Position numbers and translations under genes: made by a program
Shown: piece by piece, positions 27,509 to 37,140 of the stretch
Layout: each line of letters opens with the position of its first letter
How positions within the stretch are numbered: the first letter of the stretch is position 1
Notes under the pieces: generated by a model
Seen by the model: only the letters and a program-made list of their open reading frames with translations
Database searches by the model: none
What the model was told of the DNA's origin: nothing
Virus record (IMG/VR): IMGVR_UViG_3300027896_005002
Coordinates: 315,488 to 379,487 of that record
DNA: 64,000 nt
Reading direction: 5' to 3' (one strand)
Origin: a virus

Positions 27509-28915
27509 ATGAAGTACAAAGTTTTTTTAATTGTCAGTCTTTTTTGTATGTCGGGCATCGCATCATCAAATGATACGATGAAATTTTATGATAGGGTAAT
27601 ATGTGATTCAACCGGAACAAATGTTTACGGCAAAGCCGTAACAGTTTACACATGTTACAAAATGATTCTTCAGTCGAAAATAAACGAGTACATTGAAAAT
27701 GTGCTTTTAGCTAATGGATGGTCAAGAACCATTAGCTCAAATGACACAAATTGTCATATTACATTATTGAATAAAGTAAACAGTGATTCATTCGTTGCAC
27801 TTGACACTTCGTTATATACATACAACAAATCAACACATACTTACTTTCTTTCAGGATTATTTACGGATTACACAAACCTTTATTATAGCGTGGATTCAAA
27901 AGTTGTAAAATCGTATTTAATTACTGAAGCATTTGATTGCCCAAACAATGGCAAAACAATTTTCATCATCAGACCGATAAATGGCGGTAACACTTATCGG
28001 GATACTACTACGATGCACTATAGAGGATATGATACAATTAACGTAAAGAATGTTGACACCACCAGATTATCTCCCGCAAAGAAAGAAATTGCTGCCGGTG
28101 ATTCTGTCAAACTTGGAACAATCGCACTTATGTCATCATACAAAAATATTTCATGGAAAGTAAATGACACAAATTGTCATATTTGCAAAATTGATTCAAC
28201 AAGATATTGCTGGATTTCAGCAACCATTTCAAAATCCTATGTAATCACTGAATCTTACGACAATGACAACACAAAATCTTATATGGTCAATAATAACCCG
28301 CTTATAGAATTTATAGGCGCTTACAACCCGCCGCCTGCTCATTATAAATCATATGATACTGTAAAAGTAAAAGCTGGAAAGACGACGACAATGAGTTTCA
28401 AAGCCGATACTTTACGAAAAACTGCACTTCGAGCAATAATTTTTGGAAGCTCAAAAGCTGACAGTCTTGATATCAAACCAATCAATAGCAAATTGGATAC
28501 AGTACATACTTTTCAAACAAGTGGCAAAGTTTACATAGTACAATATGACAAATACGGTAATTATGCAGGACTTGCAACTGATTCAATGACAATCAAATTT
28601 TCCAGCAATTATATGTCGGCAATAGCAAATCATGGAGAAATTACCATCACCAGATTAAAAACTGATAATACTTCAAATATTACGGATAATATGATTGTAA
28701 CATGTGATTCCATAAATGCAAGTATCGCTTGCACACTCAAACCAATTACTATGACTGAAGTTCTTTACACTAATTCAATTCAGCAACATCATGAAAAACT
28801 AATAATAAAAATGCTCAGTATTAATGGTCGGTCATTACCAACAGTTATGAAAACATCCTCAATAAAATGTATCCAAATTAATTCAAACACTGCAAAAATT
28901 ATTACAAGATTTTAA
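27509..28915 (+). CDS. secreted protein with a signal peptide and an internal duplication
   Basis: A strong AAGGAGG RBS precedes it. The N-terminus MKYKVFLIVSLFCMSGIASS is a signal peptide. NDTNCHI...SY(L/V)ITE(A/S) blocks are duplicated. It is an isolated plus-strand gene with its own terminator. Confidence 0.5.
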   Translation: MKYKVFLIVSLFCMSGIASSNDTMKFYDRVICDSTGTNVYGKAVTVYTCYKMILQSKINEYIENVLLANGWSRTISSNDTNCHITLLNKVNSDSFVALDTSLYTYNKSTHTYFLSGLFTDYTNLYYSVDSKVVKSYLITEAFDCPNNGKTIFIIRPINGGNTYRDTTTMHYRGYDTINVKNVDTTRLSPAKKEIAAGDSVKLGTIALMSSYKNISWKVNDTNCHICKIDSTRYCWISATISKSYVITESYDNDNTKSYMVNNNPLIEFIGAYNPPPAHYKSYDTVKVKAGKTTTMSFKADTLRKTALRAIIFGSSKADSLDIKPINSKLDTVHTFQTSGKVYIVQYDKYGNYAGLATDSMTIKFSSNYMSAIANHGEITITRLKTDNTSNITDNMIVTCDSINASIACTLKPITMTEVLYTNSIQQHHEKLIIKMLSINGRSLPTVMKTSSIKCIQINSNTAKIITRF

Positions 28916-28931
28916 GAAAAAGATTTGAAGT

Positions 28932-28957
28932 AAAAAAGGACCTTCGGGTCCTTTTTT
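28932..28957. terminator. bidirectional intrinsic terminator
   Basis: AAAAAA-GGACC-TTCG-GGTCC-TTTTTT. Confidence 0.6.
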
Positions 28958-29456
28958 ATTTATGATTAGTCACAGCCATTTTTAGTCGAAAAAAAACTGA
29001 TGATATTAAATTACGCAATGGATGATCCATAGGTCTTGATGCGCCATGAGATAAAATACGAGGATCAATATGACCATTTTTATCGTGCGAGGGAATTAAA
29101 TAATATCTATTAACAATATTTTTATTATCCATGTCAATAATTTCAAAATCAACTAAATCAGGTTGATTTTTAATTACTCGAATTCTTAAACTGTCAATAT
29201 GATTTGAACAATCTATTTTAGGTTCTGCAGTACATCCATAGCACTGACAGTTTTTACAGCAAGATTTTTCCCATAATTCCCTAAATTCAGAAGCATGATC
29301 TTTTATCCAATTTATATAAAAGGTTTCAATTTCATGACCAGTATTATCTTTTCCTAAATCACGACGAGCTTTCTCACTTTCAATCCATTTTGATCTGTTT
29401 ATTTCATCTATCTGTTTATCTAAAAAATGTTTTAATTGTGCTGCATTTTTTGTCAT
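28956..29456 (-). CDS. hypothetical Cys-cluster protein
   Basis: Contains a CCKNCQCYGC...C cluster. The function is unknown. Confidence 0.35.
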   Translation of the reverse strand: MTKNAAQLKHFLDKQIDEINRSKWIESEKARRDLGKDNTGHEIETFYINWIKDHASEFRELWEKSCCKNCQCYGCTAEPKIDCSNHIDSLRIRVIKNQPDLVDFEIIDMDNKNIVNRYYLIPSHDKNGHIDPRILSHGASRPMDHPLRNLISSVFFRLKMAVTNHK

Positions 29457-29462
29457 TTGTCC

Positions 29463-32459
29463 TCAACTTTTTATCAACGGTCTCTTGTTAATAAAAAAGA
29501 AATCCACTGCAATGCTTACTGCATTTGTTGGATAAAATGTATCGTTTGATGGTACAAAATTATTATTTAAATCATGAGTTGTTAATGTCCAAACATAAAG
29601 AACCAGCTCATTTTGTAAACCAAAATTAGCAGTTGCAAGCCCAAAAATTACAGCTTGCTTTAAATCAGTTGGTCCAAACAAACCATATAACATTTGTTGT
29701 AACATTGCAGCTTTTGCAGTCGTTGCTTGATTTCCGCCTCGTTCTACAGAATATGAACCAGGATTATATATTGCAGTAACAATATCACCTTCAGTTAATG
29801 GTGTTGCTACACCAATTTCTGAAGCATCAAAAACTTTTCTAAACGAATAACATACCGGTATATCACCAGTTGCTCCTAAAATGACTCCTGCATCTGGATC
29901 ATACTGACCTTGCACATCTGCCCGTTTTACTGATGATTCAAATCCTAATGGTGTTGGTAAATAAGAAATTATAGATCTTGGATACTTAATTGCATCAATA
30001 CCAATTTGTGAATATTCTGTTCCACCAGTACCATCAGTATGAATAAATCCCATCATTGATTTTAATACACCTTGTAATTGTACTAATTCAACAAAACCTT
30101 GATATGGTAAATATTTATAAATCATTTTAATTAACGCACCATTATGAGGTACTCCAATATAATCTAAATCTAAATATAATGTTTGACCCGTAACAACACC
30201 GGTTCCTGACCTTAATTTAATTGTATTAGTAGTAGGATCAGAATCATCTGAATTGTAATCATTATATACACTAACATCAGAAGTTAATATACTTCTATGA
30301 GTTATATTATATTGACTTGCAATACCTGTTGCAATATATTGAGTTCCAGTTGTATAATGAACCAGAATAAATTGATTTACATGTCCACCACTAGTTTGTC
30401 TAAATACTGGAACGTATGAACCACCGCTACCATATAATAATTCAATCGAAGTTGGATCTAAAACAGATGTAATTTTTGCAAAAGAGTATCCACTTGTAGG
30501 ATGAACAAAAACATTACTTACTATTGCACTTGGATGTTCTGCTGCAGGCAATGTTGTAGCTACTTCATTTCCTCCACTAGCAGCATCATAAATACCACGT
30601 ATAAACCACACATGATTTCGTCTAAATGGTAAACATACTAATCTAGTAGCTGCATCATAATTATTAGCAGATATTGTTCGAGTTGTTCCATCAATAGTTG
30701 TCGTTGATGAAATTAATGGATGAATATTTATTGTTTTACTTCTATTATCAACATTATAATTTGATAAATAAAATGGAGGTGTAAAAACAGTAGAATTTCC
30801 CATATGACTAAAATCTAACTGTTTAGTATGTCTTGATGTTAATTGTATTGATTTATTCAATAAATCAACTTCTCCTGCAATATTTGGCATTCTTAAAACA
30901 CCAGTATGCGGAAAATAAGCAGCAGATACAGTTGGATATGATGAAGCATTAATATAATTTAATTTTAATAATTGATCAGGCGAATATGTTAATCCATAAT
31001 TTTGTGGATAAAGTACATCAAACTGTATCCACAATTCCTGATTTGTTAATGAAGCATTAATTCCTAATGTAAAAGTAGCTGCAGCTGTGTCAAGTCCTGC
31101 CCATGCTCCTTGAACTGTTACTAAACCACCACCAATTATATTTTGAAAATAAACTGCCACACTCGTTGATTGAATTACTGTACCTACCGGTGACCCATGA
31201 GGCGCTTTAACTCTAATTGTATTACCTGCAGTCCAGTTTCCAACTCCACTTACTCTATAAAAATCTTGAGAAGAATCCATATCGCCAATATTTAATCTAA
31301 ATACTTTTATGCCAGAAAAATAACTAGTGTATTTATCAATATCAGCATTTGATGTATCATCACTCCATGCTGATCTAATTCTATCACAAACACTAATAAC
31401 TGAATAATTAGTTATACTAGTATTACTAATAGCATCATATTGCAATAATTCTCGTTCACGAACTTTATTTTTACCCATTAATAAATCATTAACTGCAGTT
31501 TTTAAAATCTCATTAGCACTATAATCTCTACTAAGTACTAAATGTCTTAAATCAATAACATCAGTTTCATCAACTGAATTATAAAATAATCCATCAGGTC
31601 TATCTGATACTCCGCCTATAGCTATACCAGAACCAAATTGGTTCGTTTCATCATTATAAGCAATTGTATTTCTTCTAAAAATAAGTGCTATAGGTATTGC
31701 ATATGTGTATCCATCAATGGTTTGTAATTGCGTTCTTGATGCAAAATCACCATTTCCTGCTCTCCATAAGCCATAATCTCCAATTGCTGCTCCCATATTA
31801 GTATACAAAAATGAACCAATTGGAGAAATAGCTGCACCTTGACCAAATGTTTGACTATCAAATATATTAGTACGTTGTTTATTTGGAACTGTAACATTTT
31901 GTTGTATTCTTATTCTATATTGAATCTGCACTCTTTTTGTTGATTCACCGGGTGTTGGTAATAAAGCAGGATCAATAATATCATCAGGTAAAATTTCAGA
32001 AACTATAGTGTTTTGTACATTTCCATCTTTATAAATTCCTGCAGATGATGGTTTATGTGTTGTTGTTCCACCACTAATAATTGTTTTCCATACTTCAAGA
32101 AAGACAAAATCATATCTTTCAGAACTTGAAGCAGCTGGAAGAATTATACTATTATGTGTATTATTAAACACGGGACTAACATTAACTTGACAACCATTAA
32201 CAATTGCAACATCATCTGACATTACAAACATATTAGAATAAGACACATTTAATGGATCAAATGTAAATAAATCTACTTTGTAGAATCCACTTTGATAATT
32301 ACTTTTGATATAATTTTGTAATCTATTAGACATTATATCAAAATGTAAATTCCAATCTGCATCCATTACAGGTTTTCCATGTTGCCAAATAATGGTGTCA
32401 AAAGATCTATTATCTGGCTGTAATGTTCTAGATACTGTTAAACCATAATCGGTCGTCAT
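29463..32459 (-). CDS. large virion structural protein (putative)
   Basis: 998 aa, beta-rich, with no enzymatic motifs. It lies at the head of the structural block. Confidence 0.35.
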   Translation of the reverse strand: MTTDYGLTVSRTLQPDNRSFDTIIWQHGKPVMDADWNLHFDIMSNRLQNYIKSNYQSGFYKVDLFTFDPLNVSYSNMFVMSDDVAIVNGCQVNVSPVFNNTHNSIILPAASSSERYDFVFLEVWKTIISGGTTTHKPSSAGIYKDGNVQNTIVSEILPDDIIDPALLPTPGESTKRVQIQYRIRIQQNVTVPNKQRTNIFDSQTFGQGAAISPIGSFLYTNMGAAIGDYGLWRAGNGDFASRTQLQTIDGYTYAIPIALIFRRNTIAYNDETNQFGSGIAIGGVSDRPDGLFYNSVDETDVIDLRHLVLSRDYSANEILKTAVNDLLMGKNKVRERELLQYDAISNTSITNYSVISVCDRIRSAWSDDTSNADIDKYTSYFSGIKVFRLNIGDMDSSQDFYRVSGVGNWTAGNTIRVKAPHGSPVGTVIQSTSVAVYFQNIIGGGLVTVQGAWAGLDTAAATFTLGINASLTNQELWIQFDVLYPQNYGLTYSPDQLLKLNYINASSYPTVSAAYFPHTGVLRMPNIAGEVDLLNKSIQLTSRHTKQLDFSHMGNSTVFTPPFYLSNYNVDNRSKTINIHPLISSTTTIDGTTRTISANNYDAATRLVCLPFRRNHVWFIRGIYDAASGGNEVATTLPAAEHPSAIVSNVFVHPTSGYSFAKITSVLDPTSIELLYGSGGSYVPVFRQTSGGHVNQFILVHYTTGTQYIATGIASQYNITHRSILTSDVSVYNDYNSDDSDPTTNTIKLRSGTGVVTGQTLYLDLDYIGVPHNGALIKMIYKYLPYQGFVELVQLQGVLKSMMGFIHTDGTGGTEYSQIGIDAIKYPRSIISYLPTPLGFESSVKRADVQGQYDPDAGVILGATGDIPVCYSFRKVFDASEIGVATPLTEGDIVTAIYNPGSYSVERGGNQATTAKAAMLQQMLYGLFGPTDLKQAVIFGLATANFGLQNELVLYVWTLTTHDLNNNFVPSNDTFYPTNAVSIAVDFFFINKRPLIKS

Positions 32460-32665
32460 TTGATATCTCCGTGTTTATGTATTTGAATAGCTCTTTCTTG
32501 AGCTAATGCTTTTTCTTTAGAAGGATGTCGACCTAATAATTTTTTTCCTTTACTGTCATACAAACAAAATTTACTTGGTTTGCCTTTTTTCTTATCCTTT
32601 TGTGGACATTTCCTGATTATTGATTCTTTGACAAATTCAGATTGTATTTGCTGTAAATGTTTCAT
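32456..32665 (-). CDS. small basic protein with the N-terminal MKHLQQIQSEFVKE module (internal-protein-like)
   Basis: 69 aa and K/R-rich. It has an ATGA overlap with the upstream FtsK-like gene. Confidence 0.5.
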   Translation of the reverse strand: MKHLQQIQSEFVKESIIRKCPQKDKKKGKPSKFCLYDSKGKKLLGRHPSKEKALAQERAIQIHKHGDIK

Positions 32666-34935
32666 TTACCTAATAATCCTTTTAATAAATTTAATCTGTC
32701 CAAAAAATGTTTCTTTTTAGTTTGCATATTCTTTCTAACATCTTCAGCTGACACTGTTCTTGACAATTCATTAATTTCTTTTTGAGTATCATCATCAACT
32801 GAAGATTCAGGTTCTTCTTCTGGTTCTTCAACTTCCGGTTCTTCACTTAATAATTTTTTTCTTTCTTCTTCTTTTTTAGCAATTTCTTCTTCACGTCTTT
32901 TTTGTTGTTCATTTCTTTCTTTTTGAGTAATATCACTTTTAGAAATTTCTTCTTCAGTTCCAGTATCTCCAAGTATTTCTTTTATTCGTTTTCGTCTAGC
33001 TTCAATTTGTTTTTTAATATTTGAATATTCATCTTCTGGTTCTTGTTTTTCAATTTCTTCTTTTGGTATTGTAGTTGATTCTTCTTTTGGTTTTATGGAT
33101 TGCAAAAGATCTTGTTTTCCTTGACTCTTTTCACTAAATTTAGTTGATTCATTACCAGAAACAAAACCTGATTGAAATCTCTTTTTCGGTTGACCCTCAG
33201 CAGCATAAAAAGCATCACCGTGACTTAATAAATCAGTAGCATCTGGTAAATCTACACTTTCAGCATCTGCATGTTGATTCAAATGTAATATGACTTTTGA
33301 CCCTAAATTTGCTTGTAATTGTCTAGGTATTGCTTTTAATGCAGGTGATTGAGTTGCCAATATAATATTTATACCCGATTGTCTTGCAACAGCAAGCATG
33401 TCATCTATATAACCTTTAATTTTACTTGCATTTTTATTTACTTCTGGATTTAATAAACTTTTAACCTCATCTGCAACTAAAAATATTTGAGGTATAACTT
33501 TTCTTTCTTCAGGTGCTAATTTTTCAAATGCTACTTTTTCTTCTTCAGTTTTATCTTTTTTATCAATAAATGCATTAAATGACTGTGTATCTTTGAATGT
33601 TAATCCTGATTTTTTGCTTAATTCTTGTATTTTCTTAAATCTATTTCCACTTTCCTTGTGCAAATTCTGTAATGATTTAATTGCACTATTTTCATCTTTT
33701 GCAACAGGATCAGCTAAATATTTACTTCCGTCATATAAACCAAATTCATTACCTTTTTTTGCAACATCTAACATAACAAATTTAACATGATCAGAATCCT
33801 GCGTTGCCATTAATGAATTAACCATAGAATTAATAAATACTGATTTTCCGGAACCAGTTCCTCCTGCAACTAGCATGTGAGGATTTACTTTAAAATCATG
33901 TATGATTACTTCACCATTAGCATCTTTACCAAAAGGTACAACTAATTTTTTAGGATTACTTGACTCATTAACAAACTTGTCACTTGTTAATATATCTTTC
34001 AAATATACAGTATCACGATTTGCATCATCTTTTGGAACTTCAATATTAACCATTCCTGATTTTCTATCTTCAGATATGATTACATCTCGATCTTTCCCAA
34101 CCATTGAACTAATAATATTTTTTCCATCATTACTTAATAACCATCTAGTACCTTTAACTTTTGCAACATCATCATCAAATTTTATTTTAAATGTCATAGA
34201 ATTAGGTGCGTTAGTTGCCTCGGCTATATTAGAACCTTTAATGTTTGCAGCAGTAAATGATCTACGAATAGCATCAACTGAATGATCAACTTCTTCTATA
34301 CTGCCCTTTGACGGTGGCGGAGGATCATTTAAAAAACTAATATCATTTTTTAATTTACCTTCATTTGCTTTAATTCTATCATTTTTTTGTTGATATTGTT
34401 CAGTTTTGTCACCTGCTTTATCTAATTCTATTTTTTTCTGATTAATAATTTGTTCTTCAACTTTGTCACTCTTGATTTCATTATTAATTGCTTTATCCGT
34501 TGGTTTATTTTTTAATTCTGTCTTTTTAGCATCAAGCTTTTCCTTTAATTTAGGCTGTTTCTGTTCTCGCTTTATTTTCTTAAGTTCTTCTCTTTGCTTC
34601 TTTAATTTTTCCTGCAATTTTGTTAATTTATCTTCTCGTTTAGTAACAGAACTTACTCCTGAAACGCCTGTGCCTTTCCACTGTTTGTACAACTCTCTAA
34701 ACAATCGTTGTTGAGGAGAATTTTTATCATAACCCTTTAACGATTTTATTTTGATACGTGGCTTTTTAGCTTTTAAATCGGGATTTCTAACTTCTCTCTC
34801 TCCCATTTCTTTCAAAAAACTACCAAGATCACCTTTACTGGGCGATAAAACACGAGGCGTTTTAATAGTAGCTGCATCTTTACGAGTATATAACTCTGTC
34901 ATAAACTCATTTTGTACTAAATCAAAATGTTTCAA
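32662..34935 (-). CDS. FtsK/SpoIIIE-family ATPase with an N-terminal MKHFDLVQNEF module and K/E-rich low-complexity arms
   Basis: Walker A is LVAGGTGSGKS. Walker B is IFLVADE. ILATQSP matches the FtsK ATQRP motif. The N- and C-terminal regions are charged and repetitive. Confidence 0.65.
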   Translation of the reverse strand: MKHFDLVQNEFMTELYTRKDAATIKTPRVLSPSKGDLGSFLKEMGEREVRNPDLKAKKPRIKIKSLKGYDKNSPQQRLFRELYKQWKGTGVSGVSSVTKREDKLTKLQEKLKKQREELKKIKREQKQPKLKEKLDAKKTELKNKPTDKAINNEIKSDKVEEQIINQKKIELDKAGDKTEQYQQKNDRIKANEGKLKNDISFLNDPPPPSKGSIEEVDHSVDAIRRSFTAANIKGSNIAEATNAPNSMTFKIKFDDDVAKVKGTRWLLSNDGKNIISSMVGKDRDVIISEDRKSGMVNIEVPKDDANRDTVYLKDILTSDKFVNESSNPKKLVVPFGKDANGEVIIHDFKVNPHMLVAGGTGSGKSVFINSMVNSLMATQDSDHVKFVMLDVAKKGNEFGLYDGSKYLADPVAKDENSAIKSLQNLHKESGNRFKKIQELSKKSGLTFKDTQSFNAFIDKKDKTEEEKVAFEKLAPEERKVIPQIFLVADEVKSLLNPEVNKNASKIKGYIDDMLAVARQSGINIILATQSPALKAIPRQLQANLGSKVILHLNQHADAESVDLPDATDLLSHGDAFYAAEGQPKKRFQSGFVSGNESTKFSEKSQGKQDLLQSIKPKEESTTIPKEEIEKQEPEDEYSNIKKQIEARRKRIKEILGDTGTEEEISKSDITQKERNEQQKRREEEIAKKEEERKKLLSEEPEVEEPEEEPESSVDDDTQKEINELSRTVSAEDVRKNMQTKKKHFLDRLNLLKGLLGK

Positions 34936-34977
34936 TTTATATCCTCCATTTTATATTACACACTTATAAATCATTAA

Positions 34978-36378
34978 TCAATCCCTACAATACAATGACG
35001 GTGTTACTTTAATATTTTGACTTCCAGTTTCCCATAATGGTATTAAATGCATGTACTTTCGTTTTAATCTTCTCCATATATCTGATCGTTGTTCTAACAC
35101 ATTAATTATCTTATCTGGATAACATAACTTAAAAACATTTATTTTTCTTAATGATTCATCACCAATAGTTTGCTTTAATTCGATATATGTACCTAATTTC
35201 CAATATTCAAAATTATCTAATAATTTAATATCTGGAATATAAGCATGAAAATCTTTATCATTTAATTTAAATATCTCTTTTTCATATTCATAGTGTATAT
35301 TATTTAATTTTAACATTCTACAAAAATTAGCTTCTATTGTACTCCTAACAAAATGACCAACATCTCTTCTAAAACCATAATAACCTCTATTTTGAAATAT
35401 AAGTGCGTCTGTGTCTAACATTGTTTTAGTTGCAGTAAAAGATGATCTTTCTACAACATCTCTTGTAACTAATGGTGCATTAACAAATATTTTCTGATAC
35501 ATATTAATAGTAAGTTTATGTTTATCTAAATGTCTAGCAGACATTCGTTTAACACATTTCAAACAATATCTACAATAAATTTTATTGTTACTATCTTGCA
35601 ATTTGCTTTTATTAAATTGATTAATTATTTCTATATAACTATTTATATCAAATTCTTCTTCCCAAATTAATCGTTTATCATCTCTATTAATTTTAATTTC
35701 GGGATATTCTAATCTAAATTGCTTAGTAGTATAATTATGTCGTTTCAAATGACTAGTTGTCATTAAACCAACCCTAGATAAAATTTCATCATTTGTTTCT
35801 TTCAAACACAATGGACAAACCACAAACTCTTTCAATTGACATTTACTATTTCGTTTTTTATTCTTTCGTCGTTCCAATGTTAATGGTCGACGTTTTTTTC
35901 CTGCTTTATAAAGACTTTCAGAAATTCTCTGTTTATGTTCTTCACTCAACACTTTTATCTTTAGACTATCCCGCATTGACTTACATCTAAATTTTCTTAC
36001 ATCTTCATTAGACCAACTTGCTTTTGCTGCTTTACTCATCTTTTGCCGACATTCATCATCTTTCAATTTTAATTTCATACTATTTTTAGCAAAAACAGGT
36101 GCATTATATTTATTCTTGTACTCATCTAATGTTAAATTATGCATCTTTTTAATGTGAAAATCCAATCGACGTTTTACAATGTTACATATACGACAATAAA
36201 TAAATTCCTCAGTATCATAATCTCTTTTTCCTTTAGGTATTTTTCCTAACTTTTGTTGACAATCTTCACATTGAACTATTGTAACATATTTAGATTCAAC
36301 CAAGACAACATTACCACAGGTCTTGCATTTTCTTTCAAACATAAAACTTTCTTCATACAAAATAAAAAACGGATTCAT
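34978..36378 (-). CDS. multi-zinc-finger protein with a C-terminal PD-(D/E)XK-like nuclease domain
   Basis: Repeated C-x2-C...H-x4-H units (for example CRICNIVKRRLDFHIKKMH) are each followed by LDEYKNKY-like motifs. The C-terminus DFHAYIPDIK...YIELKQ is D..E.K-like. Confidence 0.35.
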   Translation of the reverse strand: MNPFFILYEESFMFERKCKTCGNVVLVESKYVTIVQCEDCQQKLGKIPKGKRDYDTEEFIYCRICNIVKRRLDFHIKKMHNLTLDEYKNKYNAPVFAKNSMKLKLKDDECRQKMSKAAKASWSNEDVRKFRCKSMRDSLKIKVLSEEHKQRISESLYKAGKKRRPLTLERRKNKKRNSKCQLKEFVVCPLCLKETNDEILSRVGLMTTSHLKRHNYTTKQFRLEYPEIKINRDDKRLIWEEEFDINSYIEIINQFNKSKLQDSNNKIYCRYCLKCVKRMSARHLDKHKLTINMYQKIFVNAPLVTRDVVERSSFTATKTMLDTDALIFQNRGYYGFRRDVGHFVRSTIEANFCRMLKLNNIHYEYEKEIFKLNDKDFHAYIPDIKLLDNFEYWKLGTYIELKQTIGDESLRKINVFKLCYPDKIINVLEQRSDIWRRLKRKYMHLIPLWETGSQNIKVTPSLYCRD

Positions 36379-36442
36379 AATAATATTATAAACCCGTTTA
36401 TGAAGAAAATTTACTAGAAATCAATATACTATTATAGTACTA

Positions 36443-36988
36443 CTAGAATGTCAGTCGCCAAGTAATAGTGAGTGTAGCGGTGCTGGGTTTATTCCAGACG
36501 GGCATTGTATAATAGTTGATTTGAGTTCCACCATTAGCAACTGAATATCCAAAACCAGTACTAGGATTTAAACCACCACCAAAAAGACCTTGCTCAACAA
36601 GTGCGCCTACAGCTTGTGTTTCAGTAAATATTGCTTGAAAATCAACAATATTTGTTCTTGTTACCGATGGTAAAAATGTTATAGGATCAACATAATTTTT
36701 AGTTAACGATGCTCTTGCAATCTCATTAACTAATGTATGTTGCGCCGCAGTTGCAACTGGTGGATTTTGTAAATCCCAACCAGGATCACCAACACCAACT
36801 GCTAATCTCATAATTCCAGCAACAGTTGATGGATCATCTTGAATAGCCCATTGAGCCATTTGTAACGATGCATCATCAACAATAACATTATGATCTTCAC
36901 GATGTTCAATCATACCATTATTGTGCTTCATCTCCATTACAATCAATCCACTTTTTATTCGAAAACGACTACCCAAATCTATAAGCAT
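36443..36988 (-). CDS. tail-fibre N-terminal (P2 gpH-like baseplate-attachment) domain protein
   Basis: LAVGVGDPGW...PPVATAAQHTLVNEIARASL...NIVDFQAIFTETQAVGALVEQGLFGG parallels P2 gpH MAVGDGGG...QTGLIHEVWR...IIAELVIPPEVGGFWMRELGLYDDAG. Confidence 0.55.
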   Translation of the reverse strand: MLIDLGSRFRIKSGLIVMEMKHNNGMIEHREDHNVIVDDASLQMAQWAIQDDPSTVAGIMRLAVGVGDPGWDLQNPPVATAAQHTLVNEIARASLTKNYVDPITFLPSVTRTNIVDFQAIFTETQAVGALVEQGLFGGGLNPSTGFGYSVANGGTQINYYTMPVWNKPSTATLTITWRLTF

Positions 36989-37000
36989 GGTTAACTCCTT

Positions 37001-37132
37001 TTAAAATTTGCGTTCTTCAATTCTTCCATCACTATGCTTCATAACACTAACACAAGCATCTGATTTTACTTTTGAAAATTCTTCAGTATTTGAAGGTTTT
37101 GACTTTGGTTTTTCTTTCTTTTTCTCTTGCAT
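37001..37132 (-). CDS. small hypothetical protein (43 aa), not in the ORF track
   Basis: AGGAG lies 7 nt upstream of the ATG. The translation is MQEKKKEKPKSKPSNTEEFSKVKSDACVSVMKHSDGRIEERKF. Confidence 0.3.
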   Translation of the reverse strand: MQEKKKEKPKSKPSNTEEFSKVKSDACVSVMKHSDGRIEERKF

Positions 37133-37140
37133 ATTTTCTC

